DNA of 64,000 bases from Candidatus Pacearchaeota archaeon (GCA_041656875.1 JBBACR010000001.1:325386-389385); one strand, 5' to 3'. Numbered from the stretch's first letter, positions 36,464-45,503 are shown. Notes: a model not told the origin generated them from the sequence alone. Translations and numbers: made by a program.

Positions 36464-36674
36464 TTTCAATATGTTTTAATTCGTTTGCATACCATTCACC
36501 AACCCACCTTTGATATCTAGGTTTTACCATAACGTAAAAGCCATTTTGAGAAATAACTCTTCCATATATCGGCCGAGGTTTATTTTCAAATTGTTTACCC
36601 AAGTTACCAATAATTATAACTTTTTCGCCATTTACATACGTATGTCGGGCTCTTTTTTGTTTTGGTTTTTCCAT
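36456..36674 (-). CDS. hypothetical small protein
   Basis: ORF track 72 aa. Confidence 0.35.
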   Translation of the reverse strand: MEKPKQKRARHTYVNGEKVIIIGNLGKQFENKPRPIYGRVISQNGFYVMVKPRYQRWVGEWYANELKHIEND

Positions 36675-36766
36675 GATATGCTACTATACATTAATGTTAT
36701 TCTAATGAACTTATTATAACTTTTAATATACAACTATATCAAAAATTATAAGTCAGATATGAATTT

Positions 36767-36964
36767 CTATTTTGGGTTAATAATTATTTTATATCCTTCA
36801 GTTATTGCAATTTCCATATGTCCAAAATCAAGACACCGTCCTACTGTAAATCTTGGGTGATTAGATTCAAATATTCTTAATTGAATTCCATCATTATCTT
36901 TCCACATGCTGCCTGCTTGACTTTTAGGTTCCGCAAAGCATACAATTTCTCCGTATTTTGCCAT
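36767..36964 (-). CDS. hypothetical small protein
   Basis: ORF track 65 aa; class B motif upstream. Confidence 0.4.
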   Translation of the reverse strand: MAKYGEIVCFAEPKSQAGSMWKDNDGIQLRIFESNHPRFTVGRCLDFGHMEIAITEGYKIIINPK

Positions 36965-36970
36965 AATTTA

Positions 36971-36992
36971 ATATTTTATATTATATACACAA
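36971..36992 (-). promoter_or_regulatory. class B motif
   Basis: gene-sense TTGTGTATATAATATAAAATATTAAATT-ATG. Confidence 0.45.
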
Positions 36993-37006
36993 AAGGCAGA
37001 TAGTTT

Positions 37007-37040
37007 AACTTTGAAAAGTTTTAAAACTTTGAAAACTTTA
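37007..37040. promoter_or_regulatory. direct 16-bp repeats (AACTTTGAAAAsTTTw x2), candidate operator for MerR-type regulator
   Basis: aactttgaaaagtttt aa aactttgaaaacttta in divergent intergenic region. Confidence 0.3.
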
Positions 37041-37072
37041 ATGAATATATAAATAAATTAATACTTATAAAC
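37036..37072 (+). promoter_or_regulatory. class B motif upstream of MerR-family gene
   Basis: CTTTAATGAATATATAAATAAATTAATACTTATAAAC-ATG. Confidence 0.45.
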
Positions 37073-37279
37073 ATGACACTTTACACACCTGCGCAAGTTG
37101 CAAAATTATTCGGCGTATCAACTAACACAATCCGAAACTACGAATCTCAAGGTATTATTCCTAAAAGATTGCCAAGCGGTTATAGGAAATACACAATTCA
37201 AAACATCAAGGAACTTGTGGACCTTTTAGGAATTGACTCCGATGAAATTAAAAAAATTCTAACAGATGAACAAAACTAA
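37073..37279 (+). CDS. MerR-family HTH transcriptional regulator
   Basis: LYTPAQVAKLFGVSTNTIRNYESQGII...GYRKYT. Confidence 0.6.
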   Translation: MTLYTPAQVAKLFGVSTNTIRNYESQGIIPKRLPSGYRKYTIQNIKELVDLLGIDSDEIKKILTDEQN

Positions 37280-38444
37280 ATACTTTTACGTTTACAAACT
37301 TGTACATAAGGAAACTGACGAATTTTACATAGGTTCTAGAGTTTGCAATTGTAAACCTGAAAAAGATATAAACTATCTTGGTTCAATGAAAACATGGAAA
37401 ACCGATAAATCGAAACTTTTAAAATCAATTCTTAAAACTGATTTTACTGCGACTGAGGATATGATTGAATTTGAAAGTAAACTTATATCAGAAAACATTA
37501 AAAACCCACTAAATCGAAATTACCACATTCCTAATTTAGGTTTTAGAACACACGGCAAAACTGCAGTTAAAGATAAAGATGGCAATGGGTTTCTTGTTGA
37601 CGTTAACGACGAAAGAATACTAACAGGCGAACTTCATCATGCGTGTAAAGGAAAATTTACGGCGCAAGACAGAGATGGAAATACTTTTCAAATTGCAATA
37701 AACGATAATATGTTTTTATCAGGTAACGCTTTCGGTTTAGCGAAAGGGATGCTGCCTGTTAAAGATAAAGATGGCAATACGTTTCAGGTTAATAAAAACG
37801 ATCCTAGATTTATTTCAGGCAATGTAACATCAATTTTTAAAGGAAAGGTTGTTGTAATTGATAAAAATAATAATACACTACAAGTAGATACTAACGATCC
37901 TAAATATATTTCTGGGGAATATGTGCATAACACAACAGGAAAGACAACTGTTAAAGATGAAAATGGAAATACGTTCCAAATTAACACAAACGATGAAAGA
38001 TATGTATCAGGAGAACTTCATCATATGAATATTGGTAAAGTTCCTGTTAAAGACAAAGAAGGCAATAGCTTTCAAGTTGCTAAAAATGATCCTCGACTTT
38101 TATCTGGTGAATTACAGCATGTTACAAAAGGTGCCAACATCGGTAAATGTATCGTTAAAGATGCAAATGGCAAAATATATCGTGTAGATCGTACAGATCC
38201 TCGGTTCATATCAGGCGAACTTGTGCATATTGCAGCAGGAAGAATTACTGTAAAGGACAAAGAGGGTAATACATTCCAAGTTGATAAAAACGATCCTAGA
38301 TATTTATCAGGCGAATTAATCAGTATTAACGCGGGTATGGCGTGGGGAACTGGAAAAGATAATACGCCTATCAGAACAAAAATCGATGATCCAAGATTTA
38401 AAACTGGAGAATTACAGCGAGGTCGAAAATACAGAATACGTTAG
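37266..38444 (+). CDS. GIY-YIG homing endonuclease with nine ~29-aa tandem DNA-binding-type repeats
   Basis: FYVYKLVHKETDEFYIGS (GIY-YIG); repeats VKDKDGNxFQVxxNDPRxxSGELxHxxxG x9. Confidence 0.6.
   Translation: MNKTKYFYVYKLVHKETDEFYIGSRVCNCKPEKDINYLGSMKTWKTDKSKLLKSILKTDFTATEDMIEFESKLISENIKNPLNRNYHIPNLGFRTHGKTAVKDKDGNGFLVDVNDERILTGELHHACKGKFTAQDRDGNTFQIAINDNMFLSGNAFGLAKGMLPVKDKDGNTFQVNKNDPRFISGNVTSIFKGKVVVIDKNNNTLQVDTNDPKYISGEYVHNTTGKTTVKDENGNTFQINTNDERYVSGELHHMNIGKVPVKDKEGNSFQVAKNDPRLLSGELQHVTKGANIGKCIVKDANGKIYRVDRTDPRFISGELVHIAAGRITVKDKEGNTFQVDKNDPRYLSGELISINAGMAWGTGKDNTPIRTKIDDPRFKTGELQRGRKYRIR
37560..38350 (+). repeat. nine tandem ~87-bp coding repeats (29-aa modules) inside GIY-YIG gene
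   Basis: VKDKDGNTFQVNKNDPRFISGELxHxxKG-type units. Confidence 0.6.
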
Positions 38445-38968
38445 TCACGTTTATTGTAAACCGTAAACTCTTCTTCAGGAACGAATACCAATTCGTTTTT
38501 AGCACGAGTACATGCGACGTAGTCTATGTTGCGTTCTTGCTGTATGTCCATATCCTTTTTCGCCCATGGTGCTTGTAGGATTTTTGGTTCAATGATAAAT
38601 ACTTTGTGCGATTCTAAACCTTTAACTTTATGAATTGTTGAACAACAAATTCCTGCTTTATTATCAGCAAAGATTGCAGCAATCAATGATGTTAATTCAG
38701 AAACCTTACTTAAACGTTTTGAATCTGTAAGAATTTCCATTACTTGAATTTTTTCTTCGAAATTTCTGTACGATGTTGTGTTTGTTGCCTCTTCAGGTGT
38801 CATTCCTAAGCCCATCAATTTAACTCTAATTTTTGAAAGGTCACCGTAAAGTGTTGAAATTGCACCTTTAATAGTTGGGCGTTTTGTTTTCTCCAACATT
38901 GTGATTAAGTTTTTTCCTATATCAGAACCTTTAACGTATGCTTTTTTATGTTGAGCAATAAATTTCAT
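38441..38968 (-). pseudogene. isolated UvrD/PcrA-type helicase C-terminal fragment (motifs V-VI only)
   Basis: STIHKVKGLESHKVFII and YVACTRAKNELVF correspond to helicase C-terminal motifs; no N-terminal ATPase part in window; flanked by two homing-endonuclease genes. Confidence 0.4.
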
Positions 38969-39850
38969 ACAAAGGGTAACAAGTGGACGAGTTGTACGGC
39001 AAAGAAAATGAAAGCACCGATAATTAAAATTTGTCCTTTTTGCTTAATTGAATTTATTGCAAAACGAACAAAGTCAGTTTTTTGTTGTAGATCGCATGCG
39101 CAAACATATGCAGCAAACAAACCCGAACGTATTGCATTAAGTTCTTTAAATGCAAAAGCTAGATGGACGGATGCTACATTCAGAAATCATATGTTAGAAG
39201 AAATTAAAAATTTTGCATCATCTGCGGAATTCAAAGAAAAACAGTCGGTTGTTCAAAAGGAAAGACAATCTCATCAATCGGTAAAAGCGGAAATTAGCAA
39301 ACGTTCCAAAGAACAATGGGCAAGACAAGAAACGAAGGAAAAACAATCTGCATCGCAAAAAATTGCGCAAAATAAGTCAGACGTTAAAGAAAATAAGTCA
39401 CACAAACTTAAGCAAATAACAAATGAATGGCACTGGCGTAAAAGACAATCCCAAAATATGTTAAATTTATGGAAAAATGCAGATTATGCAGAACGTGTAT
39501 TTGCTGGAAATAAAGCAGCAATGTATAAACGTTACGATTTTATATTGCCATCTGGCACAATAGTAAAGTTGCAAGGATATGAACCTCGCGCATTGCGTGA
39601 ACTGTTAGAAACTTATCATGAATCAGATATAGTAATCGGCGTTAAAGAAATGAATTCCGTCATAGGAACAATTTCGTATTTGTTTGAAAGTAAAGAAAGA
39701 ACATATTATCCAGATTTTTATATAAAGTCAACTAATACAATAATAGAAGTTAAAAGCACGTGGACGTTTGAATCGGAAAAGGAAAAAAATATAGCAAAAG
39801 AACAAAGTTGTTTATCAAAAGGATTTGCTTTTAAATTTATTATTTATTAA
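38948..39850 (+). CDS. putative homing endonuclease (Zn ribbon plus PD-(D/E)xK), paralog of 18858..19625
   Basis: CPFCLIEF..CCRSH; C-term YYPDFYIKSTNTIIEVKSTWTF. Confidence 0.5.
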   Translation: MLSNKFHTKGNKWTSCTAKKMKAPIIKICPFCLIEFIAKRTKSVFCCRSHAQTYAANKPERIALSSLNAKARWTDATFRNHMLEEIKNFASSAEFKEKQSVVQKERQSHQSVKAEISKRSKEQWARQETKEKQSASQKIAQNKSDVKENKSHKLKQITNEWHWRKRQSQNMLNLWKNADYAERVFAGNKAAMYKRYDFILPSGTIVKLQGYEPRALRELLETYHESDIVIGVKEMNSVIGTISYLFESKERTYYPDFYIKSTNTIIEVKSTWTFESEKEKNIAKEQSCLSKGFAFKFIIY

Positions 39851-40535
39851 ATCGTGCAAATGCCTTCTCTGTTATAAATATTTTTCTCGACTTTTTAAAT
39901 TCTAACAAATTCTTAGACGAAGTATAGCTCATTGCACTTGACAGATAATGTTTAAAATTTTCAACCCAACCGTCAATTGTGTATTCAACAGGATTCATTC
40001 TTGTAATTCCTTCCGACGTTTTTATTACGTCAGCGCCTAAAGATTTTTGTGCACCTTTAGTACTCATTCCTCTAAATTTTTTGAAAAATTGAGTTCCGTA
40101 ATTAAATGCAATTTCTGTTTCCTCTGCATATTGATTCACCTTTTCACCTGGTTCAGTCCAGCCATCGTTCTTTTTATTTTGTTTGTATGTATCGCCACAA
40201 CTTTCCAATGCTTTATTGAAAATTGAACCAATCATACAAAAATCAGCACCTAACGCAAGTGCTTTAAGTATATCTGAGTAACTTTTAAATCCACCATCTG
40301 CAATTATTTTTGCAGGTTTTTCTAATCTTAAAGACATTTCATAGCATTCAGAAATAAGTGATGCCATTGGATAACCTATTCCTGTTTGAACAGTTGTAAG
40401 ACACCCGCTGTTATGAACAATAATTCCGTTTATATTATATGAATGATCTGTTTCTATACATAAATCATGTACTGTACCTTCGTAATATTCAACACTTTTT
40501 TTTATTTCTATTAAATTAAAACTTCGTTTTCCCAT
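39840..40535 (-). CDS. guaC: split-intein C-fragment (IntC, 42 aa) fused to GMP reductase C-extein
   Basis: MGKRSFNLIEIKKSVEYYEGTVHDLCIETDHSYNINGIIVHN (intein blocks F and G) then SGCLTTVQTGIGYPMASLISEC...ADGG (GuaC catalytic-Cys loop and downstream motifs). Confidence 0.6.
   Translation of the reverse strand: MGKRSFNLIEIKKSVEYYEGTVHDLCIETDHSYNINGIIVHNSGCLTTVQTGIGYPMASLISECYEMSLRLEKPAKIIADGGFKSYSDILKALALGADFCMIGSIFNKALESCGDTYKQNKKNDGWTEPGEKVNQYAEETEIAFNYGTQFFKKFRGMSTKGAQKSLGADVIKTSEGITRMNPVEYTIDGWVENFKHYLSSAMSYTSSKNLLEFKKSRKIFITEKAFARFNK
40410..40535 (-). other. IntC segment of split intein
   Basis: blocks F/G, terminal HN followed by +1 Ser. Confidence 0.55.
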
Positions 40536-41623
40536 GATTTTATTCTTTTAAATTCGCATTTTAGATATGTTCGTATTTCTTCTTCTCGTATTTTATCTTT
40601 CTCTCGTAAGTTCCCATTTCTATCAAAATGATATGGCTCATCATATTCATATACAATATTATTTATTTCATCATAGCCATCAACAAAATAACCTAAATCT
40701 TTAATATGATATTCGCCGCCGTTCAATGCATGACATATTTGCGTATTTGTCTTTTTTGCAAGTTTATCAAAATACGTGCAGCCATTTACATTAAAATTGG
40801 GTTGATGAATACAACCGTTTGGAAAATACATTGCAATACGTTTAAGCATTGTAACTCTAAGATTTCTTCTATGTTCTGTTGAAAATTCGCGGCCTTTTAA
40901 TGATTCTGATATTTTATCTAAAATGTCATTCCATTTATCTGTTTCTTTTAACTTTCGTATCGCGTTTTTCATATTTTGTTTGTATGCTTCAAACTTTATA
41001 TCTGCCACTTCTTTCCCATATTTTTCTTCCCACACAGAATAAACAGATTTACCAAACATTGGATTATTATCGCATGAACTCGCAAACTGTTGTCTCACTT
41101 TGTACGCTTCAAACTTTATATCTGCCACTTCTTTCCCATATTTTTCTTCCCATACAGAATAAACAGATTTACCAAACATTGGATTATTTTCGCCATCGTA
41201 TTTTCCTTTCATCCCATCAGACCTATGTTTTTTCATTTCTGGAGAATGCCGTTTATTATAAAACGGATTATTTTCGCCGATAAAATTTTCTTTGATATGA
41301 TTATCCCACATCGAATTGCCTGTTTCTTCACCATACTTTCCAATCCATATTGTCTTCAAAGATTTTTCAAACATTGGATTATTTTCGCCTTTAATTCTGC
41401 ATTTTCTACATAGAAAGATTTTATCCAATTTTGGCCGTGATCTTTGAACAGTTTCATGTCCGCAATCGCTGCATATAATTTTATTGAATTTCATATTTGC
41501 TTCCTTTGCACGCATTTCATTGCCATCAATAAACTTAAATACAAAACAATTTTTATTTTTTAATTCATACGCAATAACTTGAACGTCATCAATATAAAAT
41601 GTCGGTATTATTTTTGTTTCCAT
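40511..41623 (-). CDS. free-standing homing endonuclease between intein halves: Zn finger, NUMOD3-like repeats, C-terminal Vsr/DUF559-like PD-(D/E)xK
   Basis: Own ATG after 60-nt AT-rich spacer; CSDCGHE..CRKC; GENNPMFGKS x3; C-term VDGYDEINNIVYEYDEPYHF; frames differ from both intein halves. Confidence 0.6.
   Translation of the reverse strand: METKIIPTFYIDDVQVIAYELKNKNCFVFKFIDGNEMRAKEANMKFNKIICSDCGHETVQRSRPKLDKIFLCRKCRIKGENNPMFEKSLKTIWIGKYGEETGNSMWDNHIKENFIGENNPFYNKRHSPEMKKHRSDGMKGKYDGENNPMFGKSVYSVWEEKYGKEVADIKFEAYKVRQQFASSCDNNPMFGKSVYSVWEEKYGKEVADIKFEAYKQNMKNAIRKLKETDKWNDILDKISESLKGREFSTEHRRNLRVTMLKRIAMYFPNGCIHQPNFNVNGCTYFDKLAKKTNTQICHALNGGEYHIKDLGYFVDGYDEINNIVYEYDEPYHFDRNGNLREKDKIREEEIRTYLKCEFKRIKSWENEVLI
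40981..41198. repeat. ~97-bp near-perfect tandem duplication (period 120 bp) inside intein-associated HEG
   Basis: 40981-41078 vs 41101-41198 identical except 2-3 positions; encodes duplicated NNPMFGKSVYSVWEEKYGKEVADIKFEAYK. Confidence 0.7.
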
Positions 41624-41684
41624 TTCTTGTTTATTTTATATATAAAGAATATGAAATGCAAATTATACAAGAATTGGAGTTGGG

Positions 41685-42500
41685 CTAATATTGAATCAAT
41701 AAATGTGTGTTTTCATCCAAATCAACAGCAGATATCCATTTTGCATATGCTGATATGTTATCATCATCGACTATATCTTTATACTTTTTGTCAATAACGT
41801 AGTATTCATGATTCATTGTTGAACCTTCACCATTAATAAATATTATGTCTTCTTCTTTATTATATGTATATGTTTCTATTACTTTTTGCCATATGTTTGT
41901 GTGTGTTAAGACATAATCACCAACTTTAACATCTTCTATATTTTTCAATCCTGTTTTTGTCAAAACTTTTGTTCCTCTGATGAAACAGCCGCCTCCAATA
42001 CCGCAACGAATTGCATCGGCGCCAGCAATTGATAAATCCCAATACGTTTCTGGATTAGCAATATTACCTACCATAAGATACAATTTTGTTCCGTATTTTC
42101 TTTTTGCTGCACCGATAGCGGATGACAAACTTGCCATGTGTCCATTAGCAATATCAATAAGTACATAATACGTTCTATCATTACCTAAGATTAATTTAGA
42201 TAATGTTGAATCTTTTAAAAACAAATCAGTAAATTGCGTTAAACTGTATGATTTAAAAATTTTTGCAAAATCGCTGTAATCTTGAGACCTTGCATCTTGT
42301 ACTCTTGGAAATACTGCATATATGTTATTATTCAAAAAATATTCATAGTTATCATTATTAATAACAGTATCCATTGGTGCTGTCATAATTGGTAACATGC
42401 CATCATCATTAAACAAATTGCATTCGCTTCTTGATGAAATTTCCGTCGATACGGATGGGACGATAAGAATATCGTCAAAATCAAATTTTCTTTCTATCAT
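41685..42500 (-). CDS. guaC: GMP reductase N-extein fused to split-intein N-fragment (IntN, ~99 aa)
   Basis: MIERKFDFDDILIVP, PIMTAPMDTV, VLIDIANGH, MVGNIA, CGIGGG then CFIRGTKVLT...GSTMNHEYYV (intein blocks A,B) to stop; start revised to Met-17 of table ORF. Confidence 0.6.
   Translation of the reverse strand: MIERKFDFDDILIVPSVSTEISSRSECNLFNDDGMLPIMTAPMDTVINNDNYEYFLNNNIYAVFPRVQDARSQDYSDFAKIFKSYSLTQFTDLFLKDSTLSKLILGNDRTYYVLIDIANGHMASLSSAIGAAKRKYGTKLYLMVGNIANPETYWDLSIAGADAIRCGIGGGCFIRGTKVLTKTGLKNIEDVKVGDYVLTHTNIWQKVIETYTYNKEEDIIFINGEGSTMNHEYYVIDKKYKDIVDDDNISAYAKWISAVDLDENTHLLIQY
41688..41987 (-). other. IntN segment of split intein
   Basis: Cys1 codon at 41985-41987; blocks A and B; ends at stop. 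Confidence 0.55.
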
Positions 42501-42735
42501 CTTTTCCTTTTTTAAGTGCTTTTTCGATTCCGTCGCATATTGCAACAAAATCTGGGTTTAACGATTGTCTTAAATATACGCCTGTGCCTTGTAATGAAGT
42601 TTCGGCATAACACTCAACAAGTTCGATAATTCTATTCTGAATTTCTTTTTTATTGTGTTTCCAATCAGCGCCTTTTGTTTCTTTTGACATTTCAATCATT
42701 TTCATGATTGCTTTTAGTTCTTTATCAAAATCCAT
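42481..42735 (-). CDS. hypothetical protein
   Basis: ORF track 84 aa. Confidence 0.4.
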   Translation of the reverse strand: MDFDKELKAIMKMIEMSKETKGADWKHNKKEIQNRIIELVECYAETSLQGTGVYLRQSLNPDFVAICDGIEKALKKGKDDRKKI

Positions 42736-42738
42736 AAA

Positions 42739-43686
42739 TTAATGTTTTAGTTTACAATTATCAAAATGAAATAATTTAAAATTACTTTTTCCAGATTTTC
42801 CACAATGCGGGCATTCGTACACTGGTCTATATTGGTTTTTTGCAATTTCCCGTTTCTTTTTACGAAATGCTTCACGTTCTTCTTCTGTCATCTTTGCAAA
42901 ATATGCTTTACTAGTTTCGCGTAATTTTTCACGCCGTTTCTGTTTATCATCTTCGGACTTTGCATCAATTGTTTGTTTGAATTTTGCTGTGCGTTCTTTA
43001 AGTTTATCTTCTGACATATTCAATACACGTTCGCTAGCATCTTTGCGGATTTTTTCTTTATGTTCATCAGTTAAATTATTAAACGCATTCCGTAAATTCT
43101 CTTTTTTCAATTCTCTTTCATCGTCTGTTAAATTACGCCATTGTTGTCTTACATTTTCTTTGCAATTTTCTTTCTGTTCGTTTGTCATGTTAGACATTCC
43201 TTGCTTTACCGCATTTGCAATATTTTGTCTTTCATCTTGCGACAATTTTGACCATCTTTTCTGCATTCCAAGAGAATGCTTTTGCTTTTGTTCTTCCGCA
43301 ATAATATCAGATTTATAAATCTCGGCGTATGTTTTTCCTTTTAATGCATCAGATAATTTTGTTCGTGTTTCCGCAGTAGGACTATAATCCAGTATCAATT
43401 TACCGCCGCCAGTGATTAAATTCATACATAATGGCTCATTTATTAAAGTGATTGTTACAATTTCTTTTTCTCTTAAAACAACAGATGCTCTATCTTTGCA
43501 ATATTCTAAAATTTCAGTTTTAAAATTGTTACGTCCATACTTTTGTATTGAACGCCACAAATATAATCCCGAACCAATGTAACCATCATTCAAATCAAAA
43601 GTAGAATGCATACCGATATAAAACTTATTATTTATAAGATTTGTTGTTTTATAAATATAATGATACGTGTGAGGTTTCCTTGCCAT
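42739..43686 (-). CDS. GIY-YIG homing endonuclease with NUMOD-like repeats and C-terminal Zn finger
   Basis: YHYIYKTTNLINNKFYIGMHS...YIGSG; repeated ...NxTDxExxK modules; CPHCGKSGK..C..H. Confidence 0.6.
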   Translation of the reverse strand: MARKPHTYHYIYKTTNLINNKFYIGMHSTFDLNDGYIGSGLYLWRSIQKYGRNNFKTEILEYCKDRASVVLREKEIVTITLINEPLCMNLITGGGKLILDYSPTAETRTKLSDALKGKTYAEIYKSDIIAEEQKQKHSLGMQKRWSKLSQDERQNIANAVKQGMSNMTNEQKENCKENVRQQWRNLTDDERELKKENLRNAFNNLTDEHKEKIRKDASERVLNMSEDKLKERTAKFKQTIDAKSEDDKQKRREKLRETSKAYFAKMTEEEREAFRKKKREIAKNQYRPVYECPHCGKSGKSNFKLFHFDNCKLKH

Positions 43687-43691
43687 AACTT

Positions 43692-43715
43692 TAATTTTTA
43701 TTTATATATTAAAGT
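43692..43715 (-). promoter_or_regulatory. class B motif
   Basis: gene-sense CTTTAATATATAAATAAAAATTAAAG. Confidence 0.4.
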
Positions 43716-43731
43716 TTACGGTACATTTTAT

Positions 43732-44313
43732 TCACGCCCAATATCCTCTAGCGTCAGTGCCATCACCCATATCCCAATCACTATCTTTGTCAATGTTGAC
43801 AACACCAGTTCCTTTTATGATAGTGTTCATTTCAGCCCATTCTGCATTGGCAAGATCATTAGCTTTTCTGATACATTCTGAACGTTCTTCTGCTGTTTGT
43901 TTGCCGTCTGTTGTAACCACACGATATAATTTTTCGCCTTTAGGTTTGTCTTTTGTTTCTTCTATTAATTCAAAATCGAATTCTTGGTCATATAGATATC
44001 CACAGCGTTCAGCGTAATCATCTTTTAAATGGTTTTCACAAAGTTCAATCCAACGTTTCATTTGTTTGACTTTTAACCCTTTGCTTGTATTTTCTTCATA
44101 ACCTTTATCTATATCGGCTAATAGAATTCCCATTTGAAATTTTTGCATTTCAAGAATATATGCGTAATCCCATGGACGCATTTTAGTTACAACTTTGAAA
44201 TATTTTCTTAATGCCCAAAACGTCCATTTTGCATCATAATACAAATCAACCCATTTAAGCCAAAAGTAATATTTAAGATTAAAAAGGAAGATATCTTTTT
44301 TAGTTCTTTTCAT
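43732..44313 (-). CDS. hypothetical protein
   Basis: ORF track 193 aa. Confidence 0.45.
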   Translation of the reverse strand: MKRTKKDIFLFNLKYYFWLKWVDLYYDAKWTFWALRKYFKVVTKMRPWDYAYILEMQKFQMGILLADIDKGYEENTSKGLKVKQMKRWIELCENHLKDDYAERCGYLYDQEFDFELIEETKDKPKGEKLYRVVTTDGKQTAEERSECIRKANDLANAEWAEMNTIIKGTGVVNIDKDSDWDMGDGTDARGYWA

Positions 44314-44318
44314 ATTTT

Positions 44319-44678
44319 TTATTTTTTATCTTTTTTGCAATATGCATCCCATGCACATAATATTTCGTAAAATGCATCAGTACTATCTGCTAAATATTCT
44401 TTATTATCAATTGTTGCTTCCATTGGCGTTTCACCAAATTGACAATCATACATAAACCATTCAAGCCAATTCGATTCGCATTCTTCTGGTGTATCACAAT
44501 GCTCAACTGTTATAGCCCACAATCTTTGAAATGCCAAATTCAATTGAACAGATAATGTTGATGCCATATTGCCATCAATGTATGTTTGCATGAATTCTGT
44601 AAACTTGTTTTCAAGTTCGTGTTGTTCTTTGACTGCATTGATTATGTAATCAAAATCTTTTTTACTTATCATCATCAA
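44319..44678 (-). CDS. hypothetical protein
   Basis: ORF track 119 aa. Confidence 0.4.
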   Translation of the reverse strand: MMMISKKDFDYIINAVKEQHELENKFTEFMQTYIDGNMASTLSVQLNLAFQRLWAITVEHCDTPEECESNWLEWFMYDCQFGETPMEATIDNKEYLADSTDAFYEILCAWDAYCKKDKK

Positions 44679-45258
44679 TATCTTTAATGTTGAACTCTAC
44701 ATTTCCTGTTCCGTTCATTTCGATTGTTGCTCGAACAACTTCCCCGAAATCTTCACCTTCCGCAATTTTTGCAAATTCTTTCAATTTGCTTTCGTCCATT
44801 TCATTAACTTGACTAATGATATCGTACAACGTTTTAATCAGTGCAGCATCGGCTTCAGTTAATAAATTTGCGCCACATTGAGGACATGGTTTGTTTAACC
44901 ATTCTGCAATTACAGCATCAGCATCTGTCCATAAGACGGTATTATCTTGCCATCCGCATTTTGGATTATCGCATTTTATCCCGTTGCTTTCGATTTCAAC
45001 ATTTACTTTTTCTTTTGCCATTTTTTTGATTTTTATTATTAATGTTTCCTTTTCCAAATGATTATCTAAAAAGGGACTGTTCGTTGTGATTGTTCCATCT
45101 GCAAGTTCATAATAGATTTTGCCATCTACCGAATAAACAAGTGGAATACCACGTTCTTTGTTTTCTAATTGTACTTCACGAATTGCTTTATTACCAATGC
45201 TTTGAATTTCAAATCCTTTTAAGTACAAATTAAGATCATCAAATTTTTTGACTTCCAT
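44662..45258 (-). CDS. zinc-ribbon containing hypothetical protein
   Basis: CDNPKC...CPQC. Confidence 0.4.
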   Translation of the reverse strand: MEVKKFDDLNLYLKGFEIQSIGNKAIREVQLENKERGIPLVYSVDGKIYYELADGTITTNSPFLDNHLEKETLIIKIKKMAKEKVNVEIESNGIKCDNPKCGWQDNTVLWTDADAVIAEWLNKPCPQCGANLLTEADAALIKTLYDIISQVNEMDESKLKEFAKIAEGEDFGEVVRATIEMNGTGNVEFNIKDIDDDK

Positions 45259-45282
45259 AATTTATTTTTTTTACAAACAACG

Positions 45283-45501
45283 TCAAACAGTTGTTTTTAT
45301 GTACCCATGATTATAAGGGTCTCCTTCAATGTGGTTTAGTTTATATTCAGCAAGTATTTCAATTACAATGTTTTTCATTGCTGTTGAATTTCCTGTTACA
45401 AAAATAACATCAACATTTGCATTCCAGTGTCTTTCAATTTCTCGTATAATATCATTTCTAACGGATATGTGAGAACGTCCATGCAAATCTAAAACGTACA
45501 T
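45283..45501 (-). CDS. Smr-domain protein
   Basis: VLDLHGRSHISVRNDIIREI...VIFVTGNS...IVIEIL fits Smr LDLHG core. Confidence 0.5.
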   Translation of the reverse strand: MYVLDLHGRSHISVRNDIIREIERHWNANVDVIFVTGNSTAMKNIVIEILAEYKLNHIEGDPYNHGYIKTTV

Positions 45502-45503
45502 AT

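Noticed and set aside
39840-42548. Intein interpreted as one contiguous intein with sequencing frameshifts
   Set aside because: That would need an in-frame stop plus two independent frame changes, and the middle ORF has its own ATG after a 60-nt AT-rich spacer. The IntN (~99 aa) and IntC (42 aa) sizes fit natural split inteins. This is still flagged for resequencing.
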